Positions 49,900-63,089 of a stretch of DNA of 64,000 bases are shown here, piece after piece. Source of the stretch: Rhina ancylostomus. Lineage: Eukaryota. Location of the stretch: positions 25,876,630-25,940,629 of the forward strand of contig JARFYF010000118.1 of the NCBI GenBank assembly GCA_030265395.1, in the 5' to 3' direction. A program made the position numbers and the translations under genes. The notes beneath the pieces are model-generated. The model was not told the DNA's origin and did not search any database. It worked only from the letters and a program-made list of their open reading frames with translations. Numbering within the stretch: the first letter of the stretch is position 1; each line of letters begins with the position of its first letter.

Positions 49900-50690
49900 A
49901 ATATAATGGCAGAATATTGTATTAATGGTAGGACACTAGGCGGTGTGGAGGATAAGAGGGATCTTGGGGTCCGAGTCCAAAGGATTCTCAAGGTGGCTGC
50001 GTAGGTTGACTCTGTGGTTAAGAAGGCATTTGGCGTATTGTCCTTCATCAGTTGGGGAATTGAATTTAGAAGCCGTGAGGTATTGCTGCAGCTGTAGAGG
50101 CCCTGGTCAGACCCCACCTGGAGTATTGTGCTCAGTTCTGGTCACCTCACTACAGGAAAGATGGAGGTCATAGAGAGGGTGCAGAGGAGGTTTACAAGGA
50201 TGCAGCCTGGAATGCAGAGCATGCCTTATGAAAGCAGGTTGAGGGAACTGTCTTTTTTCTTTGGAGAGACTGAGGATGAGAGGGGACCTAATAGAGGTAT
50301 GAGATGAGAGATATTGATCGGGTAGTAGTCAGAGGCTTTTCCCCAGGGCTAAAATGGTGACGACAAGAGGACATAGGTTTAAGGTGCTGGGGAGTAGATA
50401 TAGAGGAGATGCCCGGGAGAATTTTTTTTTAAATGCAGAGAGTGGTGAGTGTGTGGAATGNNNNNNNNNNNNNNNNNNNNNNNNNNNNNNNNNNNNNNNN
50501 NNNNNNNNNNNNNNNNNNNNNNNNNNNNNNNNNNNNNNNNNNNNNNNNNNNNNNNNNNNNGTTAGATAGGTACATGGAGCTAAGTAAAATAGAGGGCTAT
50601 GGGTAAGCGTGGTAATTTCTAGGGTAGGGACATGTTCAGCACAGCTTTGTGGGCCTGAATTGTGCTGTAGTTTTTCTATGTTTCTATGTT
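49900..50690 (+). mobile_element. CR1-type LINE 3' portion
   Basis: gatcttggggtccgagtcc...ctggagtattgtgctcagttctggtcacctcactacaggaaagat (LEYCAQFWSPHYRKD), frameshifted, with tail tttctatgtttctatgtt. Confidence 0.9.
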
Positions 50691-51331
50691 CACTAGAAGA
50701 TTAAGAAGGGAGCAAGATGGACTGCAACTTCTTATCTAACAATTTCCATGTTACACGTCAACCAAAACCCTGACCATTTGCTGAAGACTCTCTTCCAGGA
50801 ATAATTTTTTCCATTTTAGCCTGGTTACTCAGAGGTGAGATGCTGCCAATAAGCCAAGGCTAACTCCTAAACTACAATGGTACATAAAACTGAGTGGATG
50901 TGTACATCCAATGAAAAAAGCTTTCAAATAATAGTATGGACTCACTGCACAAAACACACCACCCTTTACTCTCCTTCCAAAAAGAAAGTTCACTTGAGAA
51001 TTTTGGCAAGAGAAGTTGAGGGGGAAATAAGTCCAGGCTTTCATACCTGTATAAAGACAAAATAGTGCAAGGTGAGTGGGGGGTTGGATAACAGCAATGG
51101 GAGGGGTGACTGGGAAGGAAATTGAAATAAATATGTTGCAAAAAGGAAAAAGATCAGTGTGAAATTGAAAATAAATACCAAATAAAAAGCATAAAATGCT
51201 TTGAATTACACTGCCTTACAAATTATGATTAAATTGCATCTGCCATGCCATTTGAAGTGTGGTATCCAAAACACAAATCTGCAATTCTTTTTTCGGGCTA
51301 ATCTGCTGGTTTTCTAACACTGCCAATTTAA

Positions 51332-51494
51332 TTGGTATTGGTTTATTATTGCCACTTGTACCGAGGTACAGTGAAAAACTTGTCTTGAATACTGATCATA
51401 CATGTCAATTCATTACACAGTGCAGTTAGTACAGAGTGCTAGTACGCTGAAAAACAGTAATAGTACAAAGTGTCGCAGCTACAGAGAAAATGCA
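51332..51494 (-). mobile_element. Rex1-type LINE 3' end, truncated by gap
   Basis: ttggtattggtttattattgccacttgtaccgaggtacagtgaaaaacttgtcttg, closely similar to 55083-55140. Confidence 0.75.
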
Positions 51495-51721
51495 NNNNNN
51501 NNNNNNNNNNNNNNNNNNNNNNNNNNNNNNNNNNNNNNNNNNNNNNNNNNNNNNNNNNNNNNNNNNNNNNNNNNNNNNNNNNNNNNNNNNNNNNNNNNNN
51601 NNNNNNNNNNNNNNNNNNNNNNNNNNNNNNNNNNNNNNNNNNNNNNNNNNNNNNNNNNNNNNNNNNNNNNNNNNNNNNNNNNNNNNNNNNNNNNNNCAGT
51701 GCAAAAGCAGGAATGACTGAC

Positions 51722-51981
51722 CTCTTCTCAAAAGACTCGTCCTGTACCGTCCTTCCAGAGTGCAATTCCACCTCTCAAATCTGAACTGGTACTGACACTC
51801 AAGGGCACTCATACTGATTGCTTCCATTAGGGTCTCAGCCACTCCTGGATCCCGCCGACACATCCGTCGCTGCTTCCGCTCCAACTTCAGACGATCACAG
51901 ACCTTGAAGTGGGCCTTCCCGTGAGTCTGCTCTGTTTCTTGTGTCAGAGGCAAGATGGTGAGTGGTTCATTACCAGTTAAA
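51722..51981 (-). CDS. wnt9a: Wnt-9a coding exon 2 (260 bp, phase 2 in / phase 1 out)
   Basis: Translates [87 protein letters not shown], close to vertebrate WNT9A exon 2. Minus-strand acceptor ttccttttctccttcacag (ends 51982) and donor G|gtcagt (51721). Confidence 0.97.
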
Positions 51982-54900
51982 CTGTGAAGGAGAAAAGGAA
52001 AAATAAAACAAGTTTCAGGAGAGCAAGGACTCCCATTAAGTGCACTTGTGCATTTTCTGCTCCTCCTCAGCAACAGAGATACTGGGAGATCAGGTACAAT
52101 ATGGTTTGGAAATTGATAAGTTTCCTTTTACACTGTACAAAACATTTTCAGGCAGTTAGAAGCACAAGGAGGCCATTCAACCCTTGAATCTACTCTGACA
52201 TTCAGTTGGCTCTTAGATAGAATTTAACTAATTATTGTTGATAAAAATAGCTTAACCAAATACATTGTGCTCCCTCCTTAGTCAATAGGTTGGTGCATCA
52301 AGTAGCACTTACTGCCATAGACTACACTAACAGGATACTGGAGCAGAGGCTCATTGTTGGAAATATTGTACTTTTGGAAATAACTAAAGCAAAACCCAAC
52401 TGTTCTGGGGAGGTCACTGCTGGTTTAAACCGACATTATAAATGGAATAACACACTCTGAAAAGTATTTGGCCAACAGCTTAATTTGTGCTCTTACACAG
52501 AATCGGTCATTCATTTCATTCATCTGTTGGGGATCTTGCCATATGCAAAACAGTTGCTGCTTCTGCCTACAGTGACAGCACTACAATTGCACTTCAAGGT
52601 GGTGAAGGCTCTGGAAAGTCCAGTCAGGTCCACGGTAATTGCCAAGTCTAATTAACTCTTCAATTATTAAAAAATTGCCTAAGGATTTAGCTACAGAACC
52701 AGATGGTTTCAGCCAACAATTATGAGCTTGGTACCAAGAAGCTGGCAGCAACATTAACTTTCTGCAAATGGAGAATTAATCCAGATCTGGACTGGAATAT
52801 TAAGGTCAAGACACAGAATTCTGAAAAAAAATGTGCATTTGGTTTAACCAAAAACAATCTCCCCTGATAATTATTAGTGGGACTTTGCTGGACCAAAATG
52901 GACGCCAGTTTAGCTTATCTGTTAACGTGGCTGCATTTCATTTATTTCCACTCTGAATTGCTTTATGACAGGTCTAATAAAAAGTGAAATTTAGATGCTA
53001 ATTCTACTTTATTTATCATCAATTTGGGCCATATTTCTTCACATGGAAAATATATCATTTTAATCCCCAATGTTGAGTCTAGTTGGAATGAGAGGAATGG
53101 TGAACAATGTTGGCCAACCATTTTATACAGAATAGAAGTCCACTTGTTAACTGAAAGATCTGTACAATACTGCCTTCAGTATGGGAGTGGACCAACTTGA
53201 ATAATTGGTGGTCTGACCATTCAGCCAAAACAAAAGAAACTGATTTCTATAATTATTTTTCATGTCCGCATAAATATTTTCTAAGGTTCTTTACAGCCAA
53301 TGAAATACCTCTGTGGTACACTCACTGTTGTGGGAATGTTGTTTGCCATGATTCCTATCAAAAGCAATGACCAAATAATGTTGCATGAAGGGTAAACAAA
53401 TATGGTCCCGGACACATTGGCTAAGGCCCTTGTTCTTCATCAAAAATAACCCCTTCGTAAGTTTTATGACAACCTAAAAGAAAAGCAGGGCCTCAGTTCA
53501 ATGGCTCATTTGAAAGGCAACACCTTTTTTATGACACTGTTCTGTGAGCCTAGACTCATGTTCAAGTTTATGCAGTGAGAATTGAATGGTAACCCTTCTG
53601 ACTCAGAGGTGATAGGTTTCCAGTTGAGTCACATCTCAGCACTAAAGGCCTAAAGGGGATTTGGGTGAAAGAACTTCAGAAATCCCAGAAAAGTACTGCA
53701 AGCTTTGAGGTTTCCATGTTATTATTGGCTATTTGGAAAGTTCCCGTAGAAATCAATGGCAGATGTGCCTGCTCTTTCCCCAGAAATACAAGTCTTGAAT
53801 AGGATGAAGAGGATAAAGAACAATAAAAGTAGGTTGTTCTCCAATCATTACCTGCCCCAGTGGTTTAAAACCATGTCTCTGTGACTAACAAACCTGGAGA
53901 GACTCCACTTTGTCATTGGTTTCCTAGTCCCAGCACATGCTACAACTGACTTCTGTTTTTATTGGGTGGGTGGGTGGGTGACAGGTGGAAGTGCAGCTGA
54001 TGTACCTACAGAGTTTCCGTTGCCAAATGCTTTACTGCTAGAAACATACGTGGACACCAGGTAAGGGTGTGATCAGTCTTGGCTGTGAATTATTTCATAG
54101 TTGACTAGTCAGCTGATATCATTTGTCAAGCACACTCATTTACTATAACCTTTGGGCGAGTTACCAACTTCTAAACTATATCTTAGTAATCAAACTAATC
54201 ACCCTTTGACTGCAGCAATGGAAACATGTTGACAAAAAAAACTCAGTTTCCTGATCTACTCAGTATTATTTAGATGCTACTAATGAAATGTACACTAATT
54301 TAAACTTTTCAGCAAGAAACAGTGTCAAAATTCACAAAGGAAAATCCGTTTCCAGAAACCTGAACACAGTGCAGAGTAACCCTCCAGTTCAGTGCTAAGG
54401 GAACACAGAGCTGTTGGCATTGCCATTGTTTAAATTACCCTTTACATTTAAGTCCTGCCAGCTCTCAGGTGGGCATAAGAGAGGCAGGGTACTCCCTCAA
54501 AGTTGATAATTAGAGTTCTCCTTTGTTTATCTCTTTAACAACTTCACTAACACAGATTATCTGGTCATTAACTCATTTGTGGAACCTTGTGTAAACTGGG
54601 TATTGCATTTCATTCATTACAATATTGATTATATTTCAAAAGTATTTTATTATTTGTAATGCTCCAGGGCACTCTGCATTTCAAGCCTCCTTCTCTTTTC
54701 AATGGAGTTTCCTCATTTAAGGCAATATTTTTAATAATCTGTCTTAAAATGATAATGAACCAAATAGGACAAGATTGACAACAGTAAATATAAATAATAC
54801 AAATCAGGAATCTAGGCTCATGAATGTGAGGAAGGAAAATACGAGGACATGGATTACATTCCATTTTGGATATTAACTTTTGGCACCAAGTAAGGTATTG

Positions 54901-55080
54901 CTTAATTAAATGGTCATCGTCTTTATCAATTCTACCCAACACTAGGCTTATATCTAACTACAGGCATCCCCAATATACCAACACAATTTCTCTTCACTTG
55001 TATCTCAACCATTCTGTAACTTCCTAAATAAAGTGCTAGTTAGAATAGAGCAGTTACCCTAATACTAATTCAACTATTAC

Positions 55081-55512
55081 TATTGGTATTGGTCTATTAT
55101 TGTCACTTGTACCAAGGTATAGTGAAAAACTTGTCTTGCATACCATTCGTAAAGATCAATTCATTACACAGTGCAGATACATTGAGTTAGTACAGAGTGC
55201 ATTGAGGTAGTACAGGATAAAAACACCAACAGAATACAGAGTAAAGCATCACAGCTACAGGGAATTGCACTGCAGGTAGACGGGGTGCAAGTTCATAACA
55301 AGGTAGATTGTGAGGTCAAGCGTCCATCTCATCGTACAAGGGTTCAATAGTCTTATTACAGTGGAATAGAAACTGTCCTTGAGCCTGGTGGTATGTGCCC
55401 TTGAGGCTCCTGTATGTTCTGCCCGATGGGAGAGCGGAGAAGAGGGAATGACNNNNNNNNNNGGGTCTTTGATTATGCTGGCTGCTTAACCAAGGCAGTG
55501 AGAGGTATAGAC
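55081..55512 (-). mobile_element. 3' end of Rex1-type LINE (same family as 29930-30254)
   Basis: 55430-55512 is the reverse complement of 30170-30254. Minus-strand end reads aatagaccaataccaata. A closely similar 3' end is at 51332-51494 and a related one at ~18110-18330. Confidence 0.8.
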
Positions 55513-56904
55513 AGGCTGCACAAAGTAGAAGGAAACAGCCATTTATTGAGATGAATTTGAATCAAGATCCAAAAAGATGAACATCTGACCAATTTCATCA
55601 TCCTGGTCCTCTCAAATTAGATAGACTGATACAGTACCTCCTGTTACCTGTGTTGTTGGTCTTGGAATACTACTAGATTAAAACAAAGTTTTAATTACAA
55701 AATTTAATTAAAAATCCTAAACAAAACCTTGCTAGAGGATACCTTTGAGGGTTTCTGAATTCAAATGATAGGACACAAGTCTCCTCCTTTGATTCTGAGC
55801 ATGCTGATTTGAAAAATGCTACTACGAGCTATTGCCGAGTAGAATCCAAAACAGCTTGGTCCTTATAGCATGGCCTCACACATCAAAAGATGCTGCACAG
55901 TGTGGAGCATTAAAAACAGGCAGAGCAGGGGGGAGAAAAGAAGAAAATCAAAGACTGAGTTAAAGGGGCAGAGCCAATCCATATTACCTTATGCAAAAAC
56001 TGGCAGAAAGTACACTTCCTCAAAACCTGCTGATTGAAGGTCAATAGAATATTTAAAAATAAGGATGATAGATTTTTGTTAGGCAATGGTACTTAGAGGC
56101 ATCAAATCATGGAGATCAGCTATAATCTCAATGAATGGTGGAACAAGCTCAAGGGATTAAAAGTCCTGGTCCTGCTCCGACATTGCTGCAAGAAAATGTT
56201 TCTCAACGTAGCTTTTTCAAAGGAGGGGCGAGTTGCACGATGGAAATATTTAGAAGTTCAAGAGGGCAGACGGTTAGTAGTTGCAGGAAAAGTCAGTGGG
56301 AAAATTGGGCACTGTTTTGTTGCTTGGAAACCAAGACATCCTCTCTCATCATGCAGGGATAATATTCACTTATAGGAACAAGTAAAACCATTTTCTTTTT
56401 AGTTTATTGATTCCCAATATGTGATATCACTGGCATTTATCATCCATCTCCAAATGTCCTTGAACTGAAGAGGCAGTTCAGAGTCCACCACTTTTTTTGG
56501 ACTGAAGTCATATACAGGCCAGAGGGTAAGGAGGGTAGATGTGGCATGTCAGCAACTATTGATAAGTTAGAAAAGAACATTGGACTGGGAGCAAACTGCA
56601 CTGCCAATTAGCGGTAATCATTCTCTCTCCCTTCGATTCCACAGCAAACCTTTATCCTGTCAATCATTGAGCCTCTCAGGCTTCAATCTCATTAAAGTTT
56701 ATATCCTCAGCATGTATGCACTGGCTGTTAAACCAAGGCAATGTTGCCCATTGTGAATCACTATTGGTAGTGCTCTGATCTCAGAATCAGTAATTGGTCC
56801 TTTACCACAGCCTTGAGAGTTCAATACAGTATTGATGGAAAATGGCACTGCCGGGGATAGGGTGCATCCTTTGTCTGCTCAGGTGGGTTTTAACAAACCC
56901 ATGA

Positions 56905-57220
56905 AAGGACACAGAACAGTACAGCACAGGAACAGGCCCTTTGCCCACCATGTCTGTGCCAACCATGATGCCACCTGCCTGCATGTGATCTATTTCCTGC
57001 CTGTTCATGTGTCTGTCTAAATGCCTTACAAAATTCACTGTCATATCTGCATCCACCACCTCCCCTGTGGTGTTCCAGGCACTTGTCATTCTGTGCAAGA
57101 AACTTGCCTCAAATCTCCTTTAAACTTTCCTTCCCTCATCTTAAACACACGCCCTCTGGTATTTGACACTTTCACCCTGGGAAAAAGACTATTCCCGCTT
57201 TCTATGTCTCTCAATCTTAT
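56905..57220 (-). mobile_element. CR1 3' fragment nested inside a DeuSINE-type copy (56760-56900 / 57225-57330)
   Basis: agaacagtacagcacaggaacaggccctttgcccacc.... Host SINE sequence (gtctgctcaggtggg...aacccatg | gaagaacaag) continues after it. Confidence 0.75.
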
Positions 57221-57559
57221 ATGATGTTACTGAAGAACAAGTATGGTCTCCCCACTGAGCTGACCAACATTCATCGATTAGCCAATAGCACCTAGAGTAG
57301 ATTAGCCAACTGGTCATTCTATTATTGTACAGTAGTTGCCCTCCAAAGGGGAATTTTTTCACTCAAGACTTTTGGAATAGTCCTTGGTGTAGTTAAGTAA
57401 CCCGACCATTTTAAAATATCCATTTGGATGTTTTAAAAATTTATCTGATTGCTAATCTGGGGAATCCAAGGGTAGGGATTGTGTGAAGGGCCACTTAGAT
57501 CTCAATCACTAAGGGATTCTGCCACAGCTATTAAAAACTCAGTCTCCTGACCCTGAGTA

Positions 57560-57722
57560 TGCAGATGCAATAGCAACATTTAAGCAGCATTTAGACAGGC
57601 ACATGATCAAGGAAGGAGATGGAAGGCTATAGACAGTGCATGCTGATGGGATTAGGTTGGATTGGCACAGACATCATGGGCTGAAGGGCCATTTTCTGCA
57701 CTGTGCTGTTCTAGGTTCTAAG
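57560..57722 (+). mobile_element. CR1 3' tail fragment
   Basis: gcagatgcaatagcaacatttaagcagcatttagacaggcacatg...gggctgaagggcc...tgttctaggttcta. Confidence 0.75.
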
Positions 57723-60149
57723 TATGGAAATTCTACACTCCTTTTGTCCTCAAGCTTATGCATAGAACTGTGCTCATTGACAGCTAACACCAGGTAGTCA
57801 AAGAACAGAGGAAGACTTCATGCCACTTGCAGGTAGGCTTACATTTTACTGTTTCAAAGTATATCACTGCAAGACAGCTTCCTTGCAGATGGTTCAGCTA
57901 ATCACAAAGTAATACACCTGGGATTTAAGTAGGGTATTGCCCCTCCCCCTCCCATTAACACTGCTGCTATTGCAGTCAATAATCCATAAGAACAATTTTG
58001 TATCAGCACAATTGCATCCTAATTCTCATGTTGGTTTCAACAGCTGTAAAAATCTTTTGTACAAAATTGACATGTTCAGTTGATAAAAAAGATCTAATTT
58101 TGTTACACTTGGGCCTCCCATAAAACTTCAAACTGAAGCACTCTGGTAAAACCTGCATTTCTTCATTTTTTCCAAAATATGTATTTGATTTAATGTTGCA
58201 TGACCTTTGAGTGCTATTTATTATTTCAAGAATACTCCTCAAAACATTAATGAGCTCTGGGGAAAATTATATATCATAAACACATCAAATTAGTTTAGTT
58301 TTGTCTACTCTGTCCTACTAGTGCACCATAACCCCACCAAATTCAGAGTACACTCTGCCAAATATTTGCACGAGTATCTCTGCTCCTTCAGTGATATTTA
58401 TACCATGTCGTACAGCAAGATTGCAAAAGATATAGAGAAAGACAGAAAGTAAAAAGAAAATAAGTGGAAAAAATTAAGATAAGCAAGGAAGCAAAATATA
58501 ACAGAATGAGTTGGTTCAAGAGAGATAAATAAGTCAAGAGGTACAGAGAGAGAAATGGAAAATAACATGGAAATAAAACACAGCAAGGCAGATAAAGTTC
58601 ATGAAACACATGGATTGATATGCAGAAATAAATAGAGGGAGGGAGGGAGAGGGAAAGCGAGTGAGACAGATAGAAAAAGAAAGAAGTTGCTTCATCCGTC
58701 TGTCTCTTATAAATTTGAACCCAGGTCAAGGAGAGTAATGAACACTGTTCTAACCCTCGTTGATTTTCCATCCCATCAGCTTGGGCTGGATTTGGATGTA
58801 GATCAAGGAGGTGAAAGTGCAACATTCTAACCTACACTGCCTTCCAGTCTCCATCAGAGAGAGGAGTCCCAGAGATACTCTAACCTAGCCCATTTCCCTT
58901 CAGAATGAGCCTTGATGACATCATTACCTTATGACATTATTGGCTTAGTCAAAGGCAATAGACCATTTTTGACAGCTCCCCTCATTGCAGGTTGGCACTG
59001 GCCCATCTCATTTTATTTTTATAAGGAAGCATTANNNNNNNNNNNNNNNNNNNNNNNNNNNNNNNNNNNNNNNNNNNNNNNNNNNNNNNNNNNNNNNNNN
59101 NNNNNNNNNNNNNNNNNNNNNNNNNNNNNNNNNNAAGGAAGCATTATAGCTGCAGCTGCTTCACTGAAGCATTTTTCCAGTCCCTGGTTTTACTTAACTA
59201 TTGATGCTCTCTTGATGGAGAAGTTATCCCACACAAGGCATGATCTAGAGTGCTCCATAGCATCATACACCTAATAAAGGCACATTCAGGCATTTGACCC
59301 AGTTAAGGCCTGAGGACCCATTGAATCTGGATTAAAAAATTAAAAGGCGCTACATGATCACTGCTCCAGACGATAGACAGACTTCATCTGGGGTGCTTGT
59401 GGAGTTATGGCCACCTGGTGCAGAGCAGGATTACATATGTCACTGAAGGAAGCAAACCTTGTGGAAAAAGTTTTAGGTAATCTAATTGTTTTTAGTTATA
59501 ATGAAGTAAACTGCCAAAATTAATCAGAACAAATTGTTCATGTGGTAAAGGTTTCAAACCCCATGGGAACATGAACTAAAAATGAGGAAGTGAGGTAGTA
59601 AGGAATAATGTTGGGCAAGTGAAGGTAAATTGAGCTGTGGCTTATTTTACTGAAACGAAGCAAGTTAGGTTGCAGGGGCTATTAGCAGAGATTCTGGAGA
59701 GGGAAAGGGTCGTGGGTAAATGGATACAGTGAAAAGATGGGGAAATGGAGAGGACCCGGAATGCAGAATCGGGGAGCAAAGCACAGACAGAGACAGAAGT
59801 AAACGAAGGTTGACTGAGACATGAGGAGAGACAGACGCAGAGCTGGGTACAGGGTACAGGCAGTCAAAGAGAGAAGATAAACACACCCCGAGAGACACAG
59901 AGGAAAGGCAGCCCGAGGAGTTGATCAGATGATGGTTGCTGCTTGATGTGTAAAAGACAAAGCCCTTGTACAAATCCAGCTGCAGGCTAAATACACCTTA
60001 AGATCATTTCTATTGACAGGGCACCAAGTCAGTAATATGAAAATGTTAACAATACAATAAAGTATCCTCAATTCCCCAGTCATTATATCCTCTTTCATTA
60101 AGAGAGCTGGAGTAGTGATCTGATTATAATTAACCTGCTGCCTCAGTTT

Positions 60150-60820
60150 TGTAATCTCAGGTTCAATCTCCATCTCTGGTTTTGATTGCATGGAGTATGC
60201 ACATTCTCCCTGCAACTGCCCTGCCCCTCAGGCATGGCACAGTGGCACAGCCAGTGGAGCCACTGTCTCACAGTGCTAAGGACCCAAGTAATCCTGACTT
60301 GGGATTTTGTGGAATTTGTGCATTCTCTGTGACTGCATGGGTTTTCTCTAGGTGTTCTGAATCCCTGCCACATCCCAAACACTTGCGGGTTGTAGGTTAA
60401 TTGGCCACTGTAAATTGCCCATGTAGGTTAAGGAGAATCCGGGGCAATTATTGGCAACGTGGAGAGCAGAGGTTACAGAGGAAGTAAGTGACAAATGGGA
60501 CTGGTTTGTGATGTGACAGATTTGATGGGACAAAATGGCCTCCTATGTCACAAGAAAATATGGGTACTATCTGTGTGGAGTTGCATGCTCTGTGATTGTT
60601 TAAGTTTCCGTCAGATACTCTGGTTTCCTTCTGCATCTCTAAGATGCAGTACTGGCTACAGTAAATTATCCTTTGGTATAGGTAATGGCAGAAACAAAGG
60701 GAAGTTGATGGGCATGTGAGAAAGTTGCAGGGCCACAGGGAAATAAGGCAAAGGGGGAAATGGGAAAGATGGGATTGCTCTGTATGGCCCAATCAGCCAA
60801 ACTGCCTCCTCCTGTACTGC
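60150..60820 (+). mobile_element. Cluster of 2-3 HE1/V-SINE copies (nested or tandem)
   Basis: ggcacagtggcacagccagtggagccactgtctcacagtgc at ~60236 and tgcatgggttttctctaggtg...taaattgccc. Partial heads at 60150-60215 and 60565-60680. Confidence 0.8.
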
Positions 60821-61108
60821 ACTAATAGGGAAGGATAGCTTGAAGTACTGAAACAGTCACACAGGTAGAAAGAAAAGGACAAAACTACAGAGAGACTCAG
60901 CAACCAGGATTATAACATACAGAATACTATTCCTTTCCATACACATATTAAAAAAATTTACAATTTTTAAAAAATCACCTGGACTGTATTTGAAATTACT
61001 ATAATTTTACACAATGAGAAAACTAGAACAGATTGGACAAATTCAGGGATCACGAAGTGGACTCTAACATCCTGGCCAAACACATGCAATTTGAAGGCAT
61101 GAGCAGTG

Positions 61109-61142
61109 CAGCACCCTCTTGTGATCACCCTGGGCACTGCAG
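61109..61142 (-). promoter_or_regulatory. Candidate CTCF site with upstream (M2/U) motif in wnt9a intron 1
   Basis: Minus strand cTGCAGTGCC-CAGGG-TGATCACAAGAGGGTGCTG fits TGCAGTNCC-N5-TGGCCASYAGRKGGCRS spacing. The core has three deviations from consensus. Confidence 0.55.
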
Positions 61143-61809
61143 CACAGTTTAAGACAAAAGTAGATAAAAATAGACTTGCTGATGTGATCAGTAACCACCT
61201 TGATTGTTAATATTGCAGATGCTTTGTATGTTTAAATGCAATAATTACTAATGAAAACAAGAATAAAAGTAAAATAAATTCAACAATGTCTTGACTGCCC
61301 AATAAAAACTGCTTCCCAAACTTCCCCTTGGTGAATTGTGCAGAATCACAATTAAACATTCACAAATCTGAATTAATTCCAAAGACCTCAGCCCCTGCCC
61401 ATCCCCACTTGTCCTGAAGTATGGAGGTTGGCTGCCTTCCTTAACCACATTGTGAGTCCAGAGTAACATGGGCCAGGTTGAATAGTGAGTACAGAGGTTT
61501 ATTTCCCCAAACTGGATTCTCTGTATTATTAGGTCAATCCTTTGTATTACTAGTCTAATTACATAACTACACTAGACTGTCCCCTGACCTTTCCCCCACA
61601 TAAAACAAGAAATATTTCTGCAGCTTTAGACAGACTGTGGAGGAGAGAATTCTCCATGGGTGTGGGCAAACATACCTTGGAAAATGTTTGTAGAGATCTC
61701 AAATAAAGTAGGAGCACACAAGTACCAGAGCATCTTAAGTATGTAACATGAATGGCGCCAGGCACACAGTACAACACAAAGTCCAGCACCTCTGCCAGAC
61801 TCAAACAGA

Positions 61810-62170
61810 AAGAACCTAGATTTGTTCAGTGTTTTTAATGATCTCAAGACATTTCCAAGTGCTTTATAACCAATGTAGTGTAAAAAGATACAGTAATAAG
61901 ATTGAACTGACAACATCTCCACCAGTTTCTACTTGTTAATCTGTCTTAGTGATGTTAGTTGAGGAATTAGTATTGGCCAGAACACCAAGGAGAACATTTC
62001 TGCTCTTTTCAGAATTTTCTGTCCATTTGAGAGACTGCGTTCAATGATTCAGCTACACAATGGCAGCTCTGACAGTGAAGCGCTCCCTCAGTACTGCACC
62101 AGTGTCATCCTGCATTTGCTCAAGAAAATGGAGTGTTCCCTCAAGTCCCATCCTTCTGATGCAGAGGTGT
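61810..62170 (-). mobile_element. DeuSINE/SacSINE1-type SINE (well-preserved copy)
   Basis: Minus strand reads gtgcagtactgagggagcgcttcactgtcagagctgcc...tggccaatactaattcctcaactaacatcactaagacagatta...cattggttataaagcacttggaaatgtcttgagatc. Confidence 0.75.
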
Positions 62171-62963
62171 GAATGCCAATGCCAAATGAACTATTCATAT
62201 TTTCAAAGACAAATTGTCAACTTTTCAAGTAGCTCAAAAGGTTAACAATAGAAAGCGCAAGAACATTGAGAGATAGGATAGGTCTTTCTTCCCATAATTC
62301 TACTCTAAGACTGCATCAACATGAGATGACAAGTGTTCCAACTAAAGGCAAAAATCTTTGGGCCCATCAAGCCCACTCCTTTGATAAAAGACCATCTGAG
62401 CCTTCAATCCCATTTCTCCCCAATGGGAAAGCTAAGTGGAGGTAACAGAATCCTCAAAGAGTAAGTGTTTTGCCTCGACTAACAACGAACTATATGAATG
62501 TTTTGCCACACTCATGCACCTACAGATGGGTTCATTGTGGGTTTGGATGAGGTATTTGGTGAGATTTCAGCCCAAGATATTGCAAGAGACATATTTGGAG
62601 TTCCTCCATCCTGCAGATCAGTCAACATCTGCCAGAGGCTTTCCCTCAGTTGGTATTAACGAGGGTAGAAGTGAGATTCTGCTGTGGGTTATGCCATTCC
62701 CATTGTCCATCACAATCCATTTATTCCTCCTGGAAAGTGTGTAAAGACTGAATAAGAACTGAATGTGGTCTCTCTGCTCCACAGGGTTTAGAATATCTGA
62801 CTCCCATGAGACTGATTCAACAGCTTACAGAAGGGAAATAAATTTTTCTTGTGTCTGCTAATTACTGTTAAATAAATTCTAATGCTGCCCCTACTGGCTC
62901 TTGAAACAATAAGCTAAAAGCAAAGTTTATGTCCGATATATAGAAATGCACCTTTGAACATTA

Positions 62964-63089
62964 ATGCTCAAAAATGTAAACTGAGAAGCTCTTTTCATGA
63001 ACAATCTAGATTTTCAGTGCAAAGGCATGCTCAAAAATGTAAACTGAGAGGCTCTTTTCATGAACAATCTAGATTTTCAGTGCAAAGGC
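62964..63089. repeat. 63-bp tandem duplication (2 copies, 1 mismatch)
   Basis: atgctcaaaaatgtaaactgagaRgctcttttcatgaacaatctagattttcagtgcaaaggc at 62964-63026 and 63027-63089. Confidence 0.95.

Noticed and set aside
51426-52073. 215-aa ORF as a single-exon Wnt
   Set aside because: Only 51722-51981 is homologous to Wnt9a. The flanks are intron (polypyrimidine tract) and N read-through.
60236-60310. tRNA gene
   Set aside because: The A/B-box-like sequence is the decayed head of an HE1/V-SINE and continues into the V-domain.
62884-62898. CTCF-like CCAGTAGGGGCAGC on minus strand
   Set aside because: It is one base short of the CCASYAGRKGGC spacing and has no upstream module.
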